Origin: Minisyncoccota bacterium | GTDB taxonomy: Bacteria; Patescibacteriota; Minisyncoccia; Phycocordibacterales; GWA1-40-21 | Assembly (NCBI GenBank): GCA_041656855.1 | Contig: JBBACS010000001.1 | Span: 3,454 to 67,453 of the forward strand | DNA: 64,000 bases | Reading direction: 5' to 3' | In this document: in pieces, positions 9,601-17,250 of the stretch | Layout of the letters: every line of letters starts with the position of its first letter | Numbering within the stretch: position 1 is the first letter of the stretch | The notes under the pieces: model-generated | What the model saw: only the letters and a program-made list of their open reading frames with translations | The model's database searches: none | Told to the model about the DNA's origin: nothing | Position numbers and translations under genes: made by a program

Positions 9601-10882
9601 AAAGATCAAATGTACCCCCTATATAAAGAGTAGAATCTGATAAAGCTAATGTTTTAACTGCACTTCCCGCGTTCACAATCAAATCTGAAGTAGTAGCATT
9701 TGCAAGATCATAAATAGCAAAATTGGTGCGTGGCAGTCCTCCAAAAGTAGTAAATTCGCCACCAATATAAAGATAGGAATCTGATACAGCCAAAGTATAT
9801 ATGGCAGAATTAGCTCCTGCACCTGGATCAAAATCCGTAGTAGTAGCATTTACAAGATCATATGCGGCTATTTTAATACGATCTAATCCTTCAAAGGTAC
9901 TAAACTGACCCCCTACGTAAATAATACCATCTGATATAGTCAAAGCTTTTACGGCGTTGGCACCAATATTTAAACTAAAATCTGTAACGGTGTCTGTAAG
10001 GAGGTCATATGCTGCAAGATAATTACGTCCGAGTCCACCAAAGTTAGTAAAACCTCCACCAGCATAAAGAGTAGAGCTTGATACAGCCAAAGCATACACA
10101 GCAGCATTTGGGCTTGGATTAAAATCTGTAGTAGTCGCATTTATAAGATCGTATGCGGCAATATTGTTGCGTCCTAAATTACCGAAGTCAGAGAATTCAC
10201 CACCGACGTAAAGTGTAGAACTTGATACTACTAAAGAATATATTGACTGCCCTGTATAGGTACTATTTGGATTAAAGCTTGTTACTGTAGCATTTGTAAT
10301 ATCATATGCCGCTAAACTATTACGAGGCAGACCATAAAATGAAGGGAAAGCTCCACCAACATAAAGTATATTATCCGATATGGTCAAAGATCTCACGGCA
10401 TATTCTCCCATATCTGGATTAAAACTAGAATCTACGGTTCCATCAGCTAATATATGTGCCATACCATTTCTTGCTTGGTTATCAACATATGTAAAAGCTC
10501 CTCCTATATACCAGCCTCCTGCTCCATCGCTGACTGAAGCATAAACCTCACCTATAACCTGAGGATAAGAAGCCACCGCTTGTCCAGTAGAAACATTTAT
10601 AGGTACTCCCGCTCCCGTACATGCTCCAACTTCAGTGAAGCTTCCTCCGTAATATAAGATTGAGCCTTCTATTAATGATGTATATATGGATCCATTGGTA
10701 CAGACACCAAGTGATTCGGGTGAATCAAAAACTGCGGCGAGATTGTATGATTTAAGACTAAAAATCTTTTTCCAGTTTTCTTTTGGAACAGATATTAATG
10801 CTAAAGCAACAAGTATAAGTAGCAAAAAGAAAATCAGAAAAGAAGAGGATTTTGTTTTTGTTTGTGGTGTTTTATTTTCCAT
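6653..10882 (-). CDS. giant membrane-anchored surface protein: beta-propeller-type repeats, PG-binding-like domain, C-terminal CarboxypepD_reg-like domain and TM helices
   Basis: N-terminal TM; about 13 repeats of LYVGG.F..FGGL.RN.LAAYDL.NATTTDFNP (delta-60/DUF5122-like); NLQIFLNSQGF...YYGSKT (PG_binding_1-like); DIDGRYGFLVLPGKYKIVATK. Confidence 0.8.
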   Translation of the reverse strand: MENKTPQTKTKSSSFLIFFLLLILVALALISVPKENWKKIFSLKSYNLAAVFDSPESLGVCTNGSIYTSLIEGSILYYGGSFTEVGACTGAGVPINVSTGQAVASYPQVIGEVYASVSDGAGGWYIGGAFTYVDNQARNGMAHILADGTVDSSFNPDMGEYAVRSLTISDNILYVGGAFPSFYGLPRNSLAAYDITNATVTSFNPNSTYTGQSIYSLVVSSSTLYVGGEFSDFGNLGRNNIAAYDLINATTTDFNPSPNAAVYALAVSSSTLYAGGGFTNFGGLGRNYLAAYDLLTDTVTDFSLNIGANAVKALTISDGIIYVGGQFSTFEGLDRIKIAAYDLVNATTTDFDPGAGANSAIYTLAVSDSYLYIGGEFTTFGGLPRTNFAIYDLANATTSDLIVNAGSAVKTLALSDSTLYIGGTFDLLGSQTRNRLAAYDLVNRNTTDFNPNVGWYSGHAVYTLTISDNILYVGGWFDIFDGLTRSDLAAYNLLTDTTTDFDPGITRAGFSPYVYSIAISDDILYAGGQFDTFGGFNRNNIAAYNILTATTTDFNPGVGGTPAVVNALTISSSTLYVGGNFTTFGDLDRNRLAAYDIANATTTDFNPGPIPNPGDSSTINSLLIATSTLYAGGYFTNFGGLPRKSIASYDLVNATTTSLNIIPTTGSSVRTMTIFDSILFVGGSFTTFNGLTRNSLAAYDLDVATTTSFNPNPQSGDHMTTAYTLSLSGSTLYAAGNFSYFSSSVFGSIISVRDVELETPIVADISATLKANITSTAGETITARGFRYGTTTEYAMTTKESSGFAVNKNKIGSMNVAAVYTEPGSFSTGEYSADITGLSASTTYHYQAFITDRLGTTYSSDATFTTLALSSGHRSPSSGSTEVSTVPSTTTTLALATSSSTEEIEEAPGVTSTPNLPSGFCFTKNLHQYTTDSDIKNLQIFLNSQGFNASTKGSETTYYGSKTILAVHSFQEYYADDILAPFGLAEGTGNFGNATRKKANDILGCETIPEVSAPVIPKVETPKAPENTIPEVITDIVETPTQEQQTETSAGTETNQNVVPDIGVSAKQGYDQVISIAKNAIANTRAIVNTPTGSAVTKVISTTGIIAGATISISAIAFATPISFSEIWLIPARILALLLSALGIKRKQRQWGTVYDSVTKRPLDPVYVSLISIETGKEVAGAITDIDGRYGFLVLPGKYKIVATKTNYIQPSKKMAGRSFDEVYNDLYFGEEMTVETEGAIITKNIPMDSLSFDWNEFAKTKMNVNKFMKQKDITWAKISSVIFFIGAIVAFIAVIFAPAPYNFIIAGFYIVAYILNYVVLKTKKSGTLTEKHTKAPLSFAIVSIFREGEDTPLTKKIADKFGAYYALVPNGKYSIKVEKKKDDGTYTEVFKTEAIEIKTGVINMNLVV
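8695..10525 (-). repeat. in-frame tandem coding repeats (about 47 aa / 141 nt each) inside the 1409-aa gene
   Basis: Recurring ...STLYVGG.F..FGGL.RN.IAAYDL.NATTTDFNP... units in the translation; boundaries approximate. Confidence 0.75.
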
Positions 10883-11036
10883 AGTTTTGGTTTGCCAGAC
10901 ATTTTGTAATTGAAAATGTTTTAGGCTAAAAATTTATAAATATGACTAGACTCTTAATAGACCGAAATTAAGAGGCTATTTTTAATAATCTGGCTATATT
11001 GTATAACTTTTTTGAAATTAGAGCAAATAATATAAA

Positions 11037-11067
11037 ACGGGGATTTTGCCTTTGGCAAAATCCCCGT
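11037..11067 (-). terminator. intrinsic terminator after yebC
   Basis: ACGGGGATTTTGCC-TTT-GGCAAAATCCCCGT; minus strand hairpin followed by TTTTAT. Confidence 0.75.
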
Positions 11068-11082
11068 CTCTGAGTTTAATAT

Positions 11083-11613
11083 TTATTCAGCATTTGTATA
11101 AATCTCTTGTACTTCCTCGTTATTTTCCAAGTCCTCAATAAGTTTTTCAAGTTTTGAAACATCTTCTTCTGGAACTTGTATCATTGCTTTTGGCATCCAA
11201 CCTTCAGCTGTTTTTTCAAATGCCCAGGAAGCGCTTCCTTGAGTGGCTAAAGCCGAGTTATTTAAAGATAGAATATGCTTTACTTCTGCAGCCGCTTTAT
11301 TTCTATTTGATGTAAGAACATCAATAATCATCGCAACTCCGGCTGGTCCGTAGGCCTCATAAACAATTGTTTCCATATCAGCTTCGCCGGCACCCATAGC
11401 TTTTTTGATTGCTCTATCTATATTGTCATTTGGCATGTCTGCAGCTTTTGCTCTTTCAATTGCAGCTTTCAAACCTGGAGAAGTAATATTCCCTCCAGCT
11501 TTTTTTGCTTCCATTTGAAGCATTTTTGCCATTTTAGTAAAAACTGAACTCTTTTGTGCATCAGTCTTTGCTTTTAATCTTTTTATTTTTGAAAATTTAT
11601 TGTGGCCACTCAT
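11083..11613 (-). CDS. yebC: YebC/PmpR family protein, short form (176 aa)
   Basis: MSGHNKFSKIKRLKA..., DNIDRAIKKA, YEAYGPAGVAMIID, SNRNKAAAEVKH; about 60 aa shorter than typical family members. Confidence 0.8.
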   Translation of the reverse strand: MSGHNKFSKIKRLKAKTDAQKSSVFTKMAKMLQMEAKKAGGNITSPGLKAAIERAKAADMPNDNIDRAIKKAMGAGEADMETIVYEAYGPAGVAMIIDVLTSNRNKAAAEVKHILSLNNSALATQGSASWAFEKTAEGWMPKAMIQVPEEDVSKLEKLIEDLENNEEVQEIYTNAE

Positions 11614-11626
11614 ATTATTAAATTAA

Positions 11627-12766
11627 TTATAAACCCAATCCTTTCACTTTCTTTCCCAAATGCTTTCTTGCTCTGTCTGTTACTGTTCTTCCTCGTGGCG
11701 TTCTTTCTATAAGACCAAGTTTGAGAAGATAGGGTTCGTAAACATCTTCTATTGTTGCTTGTTCTTCTGAAAGGGCAGCTGCGAGTGTATTTAAACCAAC
11801 AGGACCACCATTAAACTTATCATCTATAATATTGAGCATCGCTCTATCTTCAGCGTTAAGGCCAAGTTCGTCGATATTAAGCATATTTAGAGCCTCTTTT
11901 ACTAGATTATTTGTAAGTGTTTGTTCTTTTACTTGAGCTAAATCACGCCCTCTTTTTAAAAGATAGTTTGCGGTTCTAGGTGTGCTTCTGCTTCTTTTTG
12001 CAATTTCAGATTTTGCTTCTTTATCAATTTCTACACCAAGAATTTTTGCAGAGCGTTCAATTATTTTTTCTATTTCTTCATCTGAATAAAATTCTAGTTT
12101 AAAAACACCGCCAGAAAAACGAGAGCGTAGTGGGGCAGAGAGCATTGCGATTCTTGTCGTAGCTGCTATCAAAGTAAATGGTGGAATATCAAGTTGTATT
12201 GTTCGAGCAGACGGACCTTTACCAATTATGATGTCTAATGAGCCGGATTCCATAGCAGGATAGAGAATTTCTTCAATTGTTTTGTTGAGTCTGTGAATCT
12301 CATCTATAAAAAGAATATCTCCAGGTGAAAGATTTGTAAGAATTGAAGCAAGATCACCAACTTTTTCTATTGCTGGACCCGAAGTTGATTTTAATTGTGC
12401 ACGAGTCTCTTTAGCGATAAGATTTGCCAAAGTAGTTTTTCCAAGTCCAGGCGGACCATAGAAAAGTAAATGTTCAGGAGGATGTTTTCTCTGTTCGGCA
12501 GCTTTAAGTAAAATTTTAAGATTATCTTTGATATTTTTTTGACCGATGTATTCTTCCCAAGAGTTTGGCCTTAGGGTTTGGTCTAGGAATTTTTCGTCAG
12601 TAGTTATATGGCCATTTTCTTTAGTATTCTGAGATTCAGTGGGTTTTTTATCATTTTTTCTTGACATAATGTTTTTCCATGATATACTCTTGGCAGAGCC
12701 TTGATGGGGCCTTTTTTGTTCCCCATTTTTATTTTGTTGCAGTTCTGAATATAAATCTCTAAACAA
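11627..12766 (-). CDS. ruvB: Holliday junction helicase RuvB (listed ORF starts at TTG 12766; ATG 12667, MSRKNDKK..., more plausible)
   Basis: RP..WEEYIGQ, Walker A GPPGLGKTT, DEIHRL, C-terminal winged helix; the first 33 codons overlap an inverted-repeat element. Confidence 0.9.
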   Translation of the reverse strand: MFRDLYSELQQNKNGEQKRPHQGSAKSISWKNIMSRKNDKKPTESQNTKENGHITTDEKFLDQTLRPNSWEEYIGQKNIKDNLKILLKAAEQRKHPPEHLLFYGPPGLGKTTLANLIAKETRAQLKSTSGPAIEKVGDLASILTNLSPGDILFIDEIHRLNKTIEEILYPAMESGSLDIIIGKGPSARTIQLDIPPFTLIAATTRIAMLSAPLRSRFSGGVFKLEFYSDEEIEKIIERSAKILGVEIDKEAKSEIAKRSRSTPRTANYLLKRGRDLAQVKEQTLTNNLVKEALNMLNIDELGLNAEDRAMLNIIDDKFNGGPVGLNTLAAALSEEQATIEDVYEPYLLKLGLIERTPRGRTVTDRARKHLGKKVKGLGL

Positions 12767-12901
12767 TTATGCTCGCAAGAGTTTACGGGTTCTTTTTCAA
12801 GGACATTTTGGTTTATTCCTCCGGGAATATTGCTGAGGTCATCCTTAAAGACTAATTTAACTTTTTACCGCCAGGTTTAAAGTATTGTTTAGAGATTTAT
12901 G
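12751..12901. repeat. 17-bp perfect inverted repeat pair ATAAATCTCTAAACAAT / ATTGTTTAGAGATTTAT flanking 117 nt
   Basis: 12751-12767 and 12885-12901 are exact reverse complements; related ATTGTTT(A/G)GA copies at about 12912 and 12955. Confidence 0.75.
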
Positions 12902-13170
12902 TTTTGAACATTGTTTGGAGTTTATTCCAAAACATCTCTTATGTTTTATATTAGTATTGTTTAGAACTTTTGCAAGCCCGCTTTTTTTTAAAACACGTTT
13001 AGGCTTGCTATTCAAGTAGGGTAGTGAATTTTGACACCGAAATTGTTTTTTCGTTTATATAGTTATCAGTTATTTTTTTAAATGAACTATCTATAAATAA
13101 AAAACATCATTTTGATTGATATCTCAAATAACGATGTCAAAATTTAATACCTTACAAAATATATTTAATA

Positions 13171-14940
13171 CTAGGCCTCTTGTTCAAGATCTATTACTCT
13201 GCCTAACTCATCCATGGAACTTATACCTTTTAATATTTTTATTATACCGTCTTGTTTCATATCAAGAATATTTTGTGATTCAGCGGCTTTTTTAATTTCT
13301 CTTTCACTGGAGTTATTTATAATTACTTCCTCCATCTCTTTTGTTGAAAGTATGGCTTCAACTATACATATTCTTCCTTTATATCCGGTGTTATTACATT
13401 TGTCACAACCTACAGCTTCAAATATTTTTGTTGTTTGTACTCCTTCCAAATATGTTTTATCGTGAATACTTTTTAAAGTATTATCAATTATTTTCTTTTC
13501 TCTTTCATTTACATCTCTTTCTTTTTTACAGAAAGGACACAGTTTTCTTAAAAGTCTTTGGGCAATCGCAACATTCATAGCAGACGGAATTGTTTTTGGA
13601 TTTACTTTTAAATCTATAAGTCTAGGAAAAGCGCCGGCGGCAGAGTTTGTGTGGAGTGTTGAAAAAACTAAGTGACCAGTAAGCGCAGCTTGAATGGCAG
13701 TCCCCGCGGTTTCTGCATCTCTAATTTCTCCTACCATTATTACATCAGGATCTTGTCTCATCGCAGCACGAAGTCCTGCAAGAAAAGTATATCCTTTATC
13801 GTCTTCAACTTGAGTTTGAACTATTCCATCCAAATGATATTCAATCGGATCTTCAATCGTAAGAATTTTCACTTCAGGAGAATAAATCTTTTTTATAAAG
13901 GCGTAAAGAGTTGTCGTTTTACCGCTACCTGTAGGACCAGTAATGAGAAGCATCCCATTTGGTCTATTGATTTGTTCAAGTAAAATATCAAGGGTTCTTT
14001 TTTCTATTCCAAGTTGTTCTAGCGATACAGATATAGATTTAGGATTTAAAAGTCTCATAACGACTGATTCATTGTATGCTCCAGGCAAAAGGGAAGTTCT
14101 GATTTCTATGTTGTTATCTTTAATTTTAATACTGAAACGTCCGTCTTGTGCCTCATCTTTTACATTTAATTTTAATCCTGAAAGAAGTTTTAACCTTGAA
14201 AGTATTAATGAATAAGTGGCTTTATCAAATTTAAATGCATCAAGAAGGACTCCATCAATTCTAAATCTCATTCTGACTTCAACTTCTTCTGGTTCAAGAT
14301 GAACGTCGGATGCGCCAAGAGCCAAAGCTCCGGCAAGCATGATTTCCATAATTTTTGAAATCCTGTAAGTTTGTTTTACTCCCAAAAGATCATTCGTGAG
14401 TTTTTCTATATCTGCGATGTGTTTGACTTGTTCCATCATTGCAAGAACTGCATCGCCTGCAATGTCAAAAGTTCCCGCTGTGCTTTCAGATGAATAAGAC
14501 AAATCTTTGTATCTGCTCCAAGCTTTTTCTAAACTTCTTTTAGATACCATATGTACAACAGGTATATAGCCTTGATCAGAAAGTCTGTTTATAACAGAAA
14601 TAGTTTTATCATCTTTAGGAGAAATTATAGCGACATCAATTTTTTTACTTACCATAGCAAATATAGCTACATTGGAAGCACGAGCCTCTTCCTCATTTAG
14701 TATACGAAGAGCATCGCTATTTATTGGAATAGCACTTAAATCTAAATAGTTGTAGCCATATCTTCCAGCTAGAATTCTAGAGACATCCTCCTCCTCGTTT
14801 TTACGCATTTCTTCTAGACGTTTATTTTGTTTTTCTTCATCAAAATCTACTGGCATATATCCACATGATAACATGATAATTCTTATAAATGAATAGAAAA
14901 CATCACGAAATAGGGGGTTTTGGGCTCTAGATACGATCAA
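13171..14940 (-). CDS. GspE/PilB-family secretion ATPase, paralogue 1 (start uncertain: TTG 14940 or ATG 14856)
   Basis: T2SSE N-domain, Walker A GPTGSGKTT, DPDVIMVGEIRD, GHLVFSTLHTN, tetracysteine CPFC...CDKC. Confidence 0.9.
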   Translation of the reverse strand: MIVSRAQNPLFRDVFYSFIRIIMLSCGYMPVDFDEEKQNKRLEEMRKNEEEDVSRILAGRYGYNYLDLSAIPINSDALRILNEEEARASNVAIFAMVSKKIDVAIISPKDDKTISVINRLSDQGYIPVVHMVSKRSLEKAWSRYKDLSYSSESTAGTFDIAGDAVLAMMEQVKHIADIEKLTNDLLGVKQTYRISKIMEIMLAGALALGASDVHLEPEEVEVRMRFRIDGVLLDAFKFDKATYSLILSRLKLLSGLKLNVKDEAQDGRFSIKIKDNNIEIRTSLLPGAYNESVVMRLLNPKSISVSLEQLGIEKRTLDILLEQINRPNGMLLITGPTGSGKTTTLYAFIKKIYSPEVKILTIEDPIEYHLDGIVQTQVEDDKGYTFLAGLRAAMRQDPDVIMVGEIRDAETAGTAIQAALTGHLVFSTLHTNSAAGAFPRLIDLKVNPKTIPSAMNVAIAQRLLRKLCPFCKKERDVNEREKKIIDNTLKSIHDKTYLEGVQTTKIFEAVGCDKCNNTGYKGRICIVEAILSTKEMEEVIINNSSEREIKKAAESQNILDMKQDGIIKILKGISSMDELGRVIDLEQEA

Positions 14941-14951
14941 TACCCAGGTAC

Positions 14952-14980
14952 TTGACTTTTTTTAGTATCTAGTATACAAT
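14952..14980 (+). promoter_or_regulatory. candidate promoter for the gene at 15062
   Basis: TTGACT, 17-nt spacer, TACAAT. Confidence 0.45.
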
Positions 14981-15061
14981 ATACCCAGCAATTATAAGTA
15001 CGTTTTAAATCCACATTTGGATAGATAGACGGATTTGTATTGGTAAAAATAAAAAACTTTT

Positions 15062-16045
15062 ATGGAAAAAATAATAAATACAACTAAATATATGAAAGCT
15101 ATAAAATTCGTTTTGATTGCGGTAGCTTTTGCTATAACTTCACCAGTAATGGTATTGGCAGATGAGTACACATACACAGATACTTATGTAAATGGTGAAA
15201 ATAATACTACTGATACTTACGTAAATGGAGAAACTTATACCTACACAGATACTTATATAGACGGTGAAAATTATACTTATGTTGATACATACGTAGATGG
15301 AGAAAATTATACTTATGCAGATACATATGTAGAGGGTGATTATGCTCAATCAACTTATTATCCAACTACTATGAGCCAAGTTTATTCTGGGGGTTATTCA
15401 TTGGGAACCTCTTATAGAACACCTTCAACATATTATTCTTATGGACAACCATCTACTGTTGTTTCAGGAGGTTTTTCAGCACCGCCAAGTTATTATGTAC
15501 AACCTCCAACATATTATGTACAACCATCTACTGTAACTTCAGGAAGTTTCAATGGAGCAAGTCCAACATACTACACTCAACCAGTTACACAGTATGTTCC
15601 AAATCAAGTTTTGGCTTACACAGACACAAACCCAAGCTTAGATTCAGTCTACTTGAGTGATATTCCAGCAACAGGTTTTGAGGATACACTTCCAATGATA
15701 ATTTTTATTTCATCTCTAGTACTTTGGAGTGCAATATTAGCCTATGTATTTTTGAAAAGAAAAATTGAGGCACAAACAATATTTGCTAGTGCTTATGTAA
15801 ATAAAGCCGAAGCAAAAGGTACTGACAATTCTGTAGTTTCAGAATTTATGAATCAAATTGCTTCTGACAATTCAGATATAAGCAAAGTTGAGGAATATGC
15901 AAGAACAAATAAAATATTACTTTCAGGAGATGCATCAGCTAAAATTGTAAAACTTTCAAGACTCGGACAAATCAATGCTTCTGACTATATAAGAGGTATT
16001 GCAACAGGTGAATGGATAGCAATAGGAGAAGCTCAAATCAAGTAA
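15062..16045 (+). CDS. secreted/membrane repeat protein, function unknown
   Basis: Signal peptide, YTY.DTYV.GEN tandem repeats, Y/P/S/T-rich segment (PPSYYVQPPTYYVQPSTV), one TM helix, cytoplasmic C-terminal domain. Confidence 0.7.
   Translation: MEKIINTTKYMKAIKFVLIAVAFAITSPVMVLADEYTYTDTYVNGENNTTDTYVNGETYTYTDTYIDGENYTYVDTYVDGENYTYADTYVEGDYAQSTYYPTTMSQVYSGGYSLGTSYRTPSTYYSYGQPSTVVSGGFSAPPSYYVQPPTYYVQPSTVTSGSFNGASPTYYTQPVTQYVPNQVLAYTDTNPSLDSVYLSDIPATGFEDTLPMIIFISSLVLWSAILAYVFLKRKIEAQTIFASAYVNKAEAKGTDNSVVSEFMNQIASDNSDISKVEEYARTNKILLSGDASAKIVKLSRLGQINASDYIRGIATGEWIAIGEAQIK
15166..15340 (+). repeat. in-frame tandem repeat of about 33-36 nt (YT(Y)xDTYVxGEN units)
   Basis: GATACTTATGTAAATGGTGAAAAT... 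recurs about five times with variation. Confidence 0.8.
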
Positions 16046-16050
16046 ATAGT

Positions 16051-16096
16051 ACGTCGCGCCTATAGGACGGTTGCGCGGCGTGACTCCGCAAAGTCA
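16051..16096 (+). repeat. GC-rich two-hairpin motif, family C copy C1
   Basis: ACGTCGCGCCTATAGGACGGTTGCGCGGCGTGACTCCGCAAAGTCA aligns with 24974-25021 and 33172-33217. Confidence 0.8.
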
Positions 16097-16126
16097 AAAA
16101 GCAGGCCTTAAATATGGCCTGCTTTT
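16097..16126 (+). terminator. intrinsic terminator
   Basis: AAAAGCAGGCC-TTAAATAT-GGCCTGCTTTT. Confidence 0.8.
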
Positions 16127-16130
16127 GTTA

Positions 16131-16159
16131 TTGACAAATATGCTTATTTGGTGTATACT
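16131..16159 (+). promoter_or_regulatory. sigma70-type promoter
   Basis: TTGACA (16131-16136), 17-nt spacer, TGTATACT extended -10 (16154-16159). Confidence 0.6.
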
Positions 16160-16197
16160 TTATTCAGAGTTTAAATTCTTGCGGGAGGTGAGACACA

Positions 16198-17061
16198 ATG
16201 GCTGATACAGCTTTTGAGCCTTACCTTCAAACAAAGGAAAGGCGTGAAAAGGAAGCAAAGGAAAAATTTAACGCCGAGCAAGAAGAAAAAGAAAAAATTA
16301 GAAAAGAAAGGGAGATAATTGAAGAGGAAGAAAGAAAAAAGGCTGAAAAAGCAAGAAAAATCCTTTTGAAAGAATCTCACTGGACGTCTGATTTTTTTGA
16401 AAAAGCAAAAGATGTACTTTCAAAAAAAAGCGCTGATTCCAGCGCAAAAAAACAGGAGGAAGATATGAAAAACTGGATTGTCTGGCTTATTGTTGCGGTA
16501 TTGGTAATTTTTATTGCAGTCGACAAAGGGTGCAACAAAAAAATGGGGAATGTAAACCCGACAGCGGCGGCAACAGTAACAGAAACAGTTATCCCCGTTC
16601 CTGAATCATCTACGATGATTAAGAATGGAGGATCTTCAGTTGAAGTGGACGTTAAGGTAAAAGTTTCTGGGATTTCTGGAAAATCTGCAGTTGTAAAATC
16701 AGCAGATGTTTCTGAAAAACCTGCAGTCGCAAAAGAAGTTGCTCCTGCACCGAAAGCAGTTTCCCGTCAGATTATAACGGGAAATGCAATCGCAGTATTT
16801 AATGATTACTCTTCCAATTTGACTGAAATCTGGGTATATGGAAAAGGAGGAGTGATTGCCAAGGTGCCCGCTAACGAAACTAATGTAATTCACTACAGGG
16901 GTGATACATTGGCGGTAAGAATCGAGCTTCACAAAGATCAGTGTTCTCCCAAAATCCTGTGGGAAAAGAAACTCACTGGAGGAGTATGCGTGATAAAATG
17001 CAGCGATGAAGGTTTTGTCGCATCAAACGATCAGAGCATTCTCCCCCTGAGAAAAGGATAA
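16198..17061 (+). CDS. hypothetical membrane protein (K/E-rich N-terminus, one TM, C-terminal domain)
   Basis: 287-aa ORF with strong SD GGGAGGTGA (16182-16190); visibly GC-richer. Confidence 0.65.
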   Translation: MADTAFEPYLQTKERREKEAKEKFNAEQEEKEKIRKEREIIEEEERKKAEKARKILLKESHWTSDFFEKAKDVLSKKSADSSAKKQEEDMKNWIVWLIVAVLVIFIAVDKGCNKKMGNVNPTAAATVTETVIPVPESSTMIKNGGSSVEVDVKVKVSGISGKSAVVKSADVSEKPAVAKEVAPAPKAVSRQIITGNAIAVFNDYSSNLTEIWVYGKGGVIAKVPANETNVIHYRGDTLAVRIELHKDQCSPKILWEKKLTGGVCVIKCSDEGFVASNDQSILPLRKG

Positions 17062-17079
17062 GGGATAATATCCCACAAA

Positions 17080-17105
17080 CCCCGCAAAGCGAAAGCAATG
17101 CGGGG
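17080..17105 (+). terminator. intrinsic terminator
   Basis: CCCCGCA...TGCGGGG followed by TTTTATTTTT. Confidence 0.75.
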
Positions 17106-17137
17106 TTTTATTTTTGTGTTAAAATTGAAATACTTGT

Positions 17138-17250
17138 CCCGTTATAAATAACGAGATGAATCAATAAATATATATTGGTTAGTAAAAAATATATAATTTA
17201 TAAAAAGAAGTAGATATGACATTAATAGGCATAAATAATTTATAACTGGG
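17138..17250 (+). repeat. leader inverted repeat whose 3' arm abuts the tsaE ATG
   Basis: CCCGTTATAAAT (17138-17149) pairs with ATTTATAACTGGG (17238-17250, one bulge); ATG at 17251. Confidence 0.65.

Noticed and set aside
8695-10525. Tandem DNA repeats as a satellite or CRISPR-like array (also 15166-15340)
   Set aside because: They are in-frame coding repeats of surface proteins, divergent at the DNA level and without spacers.
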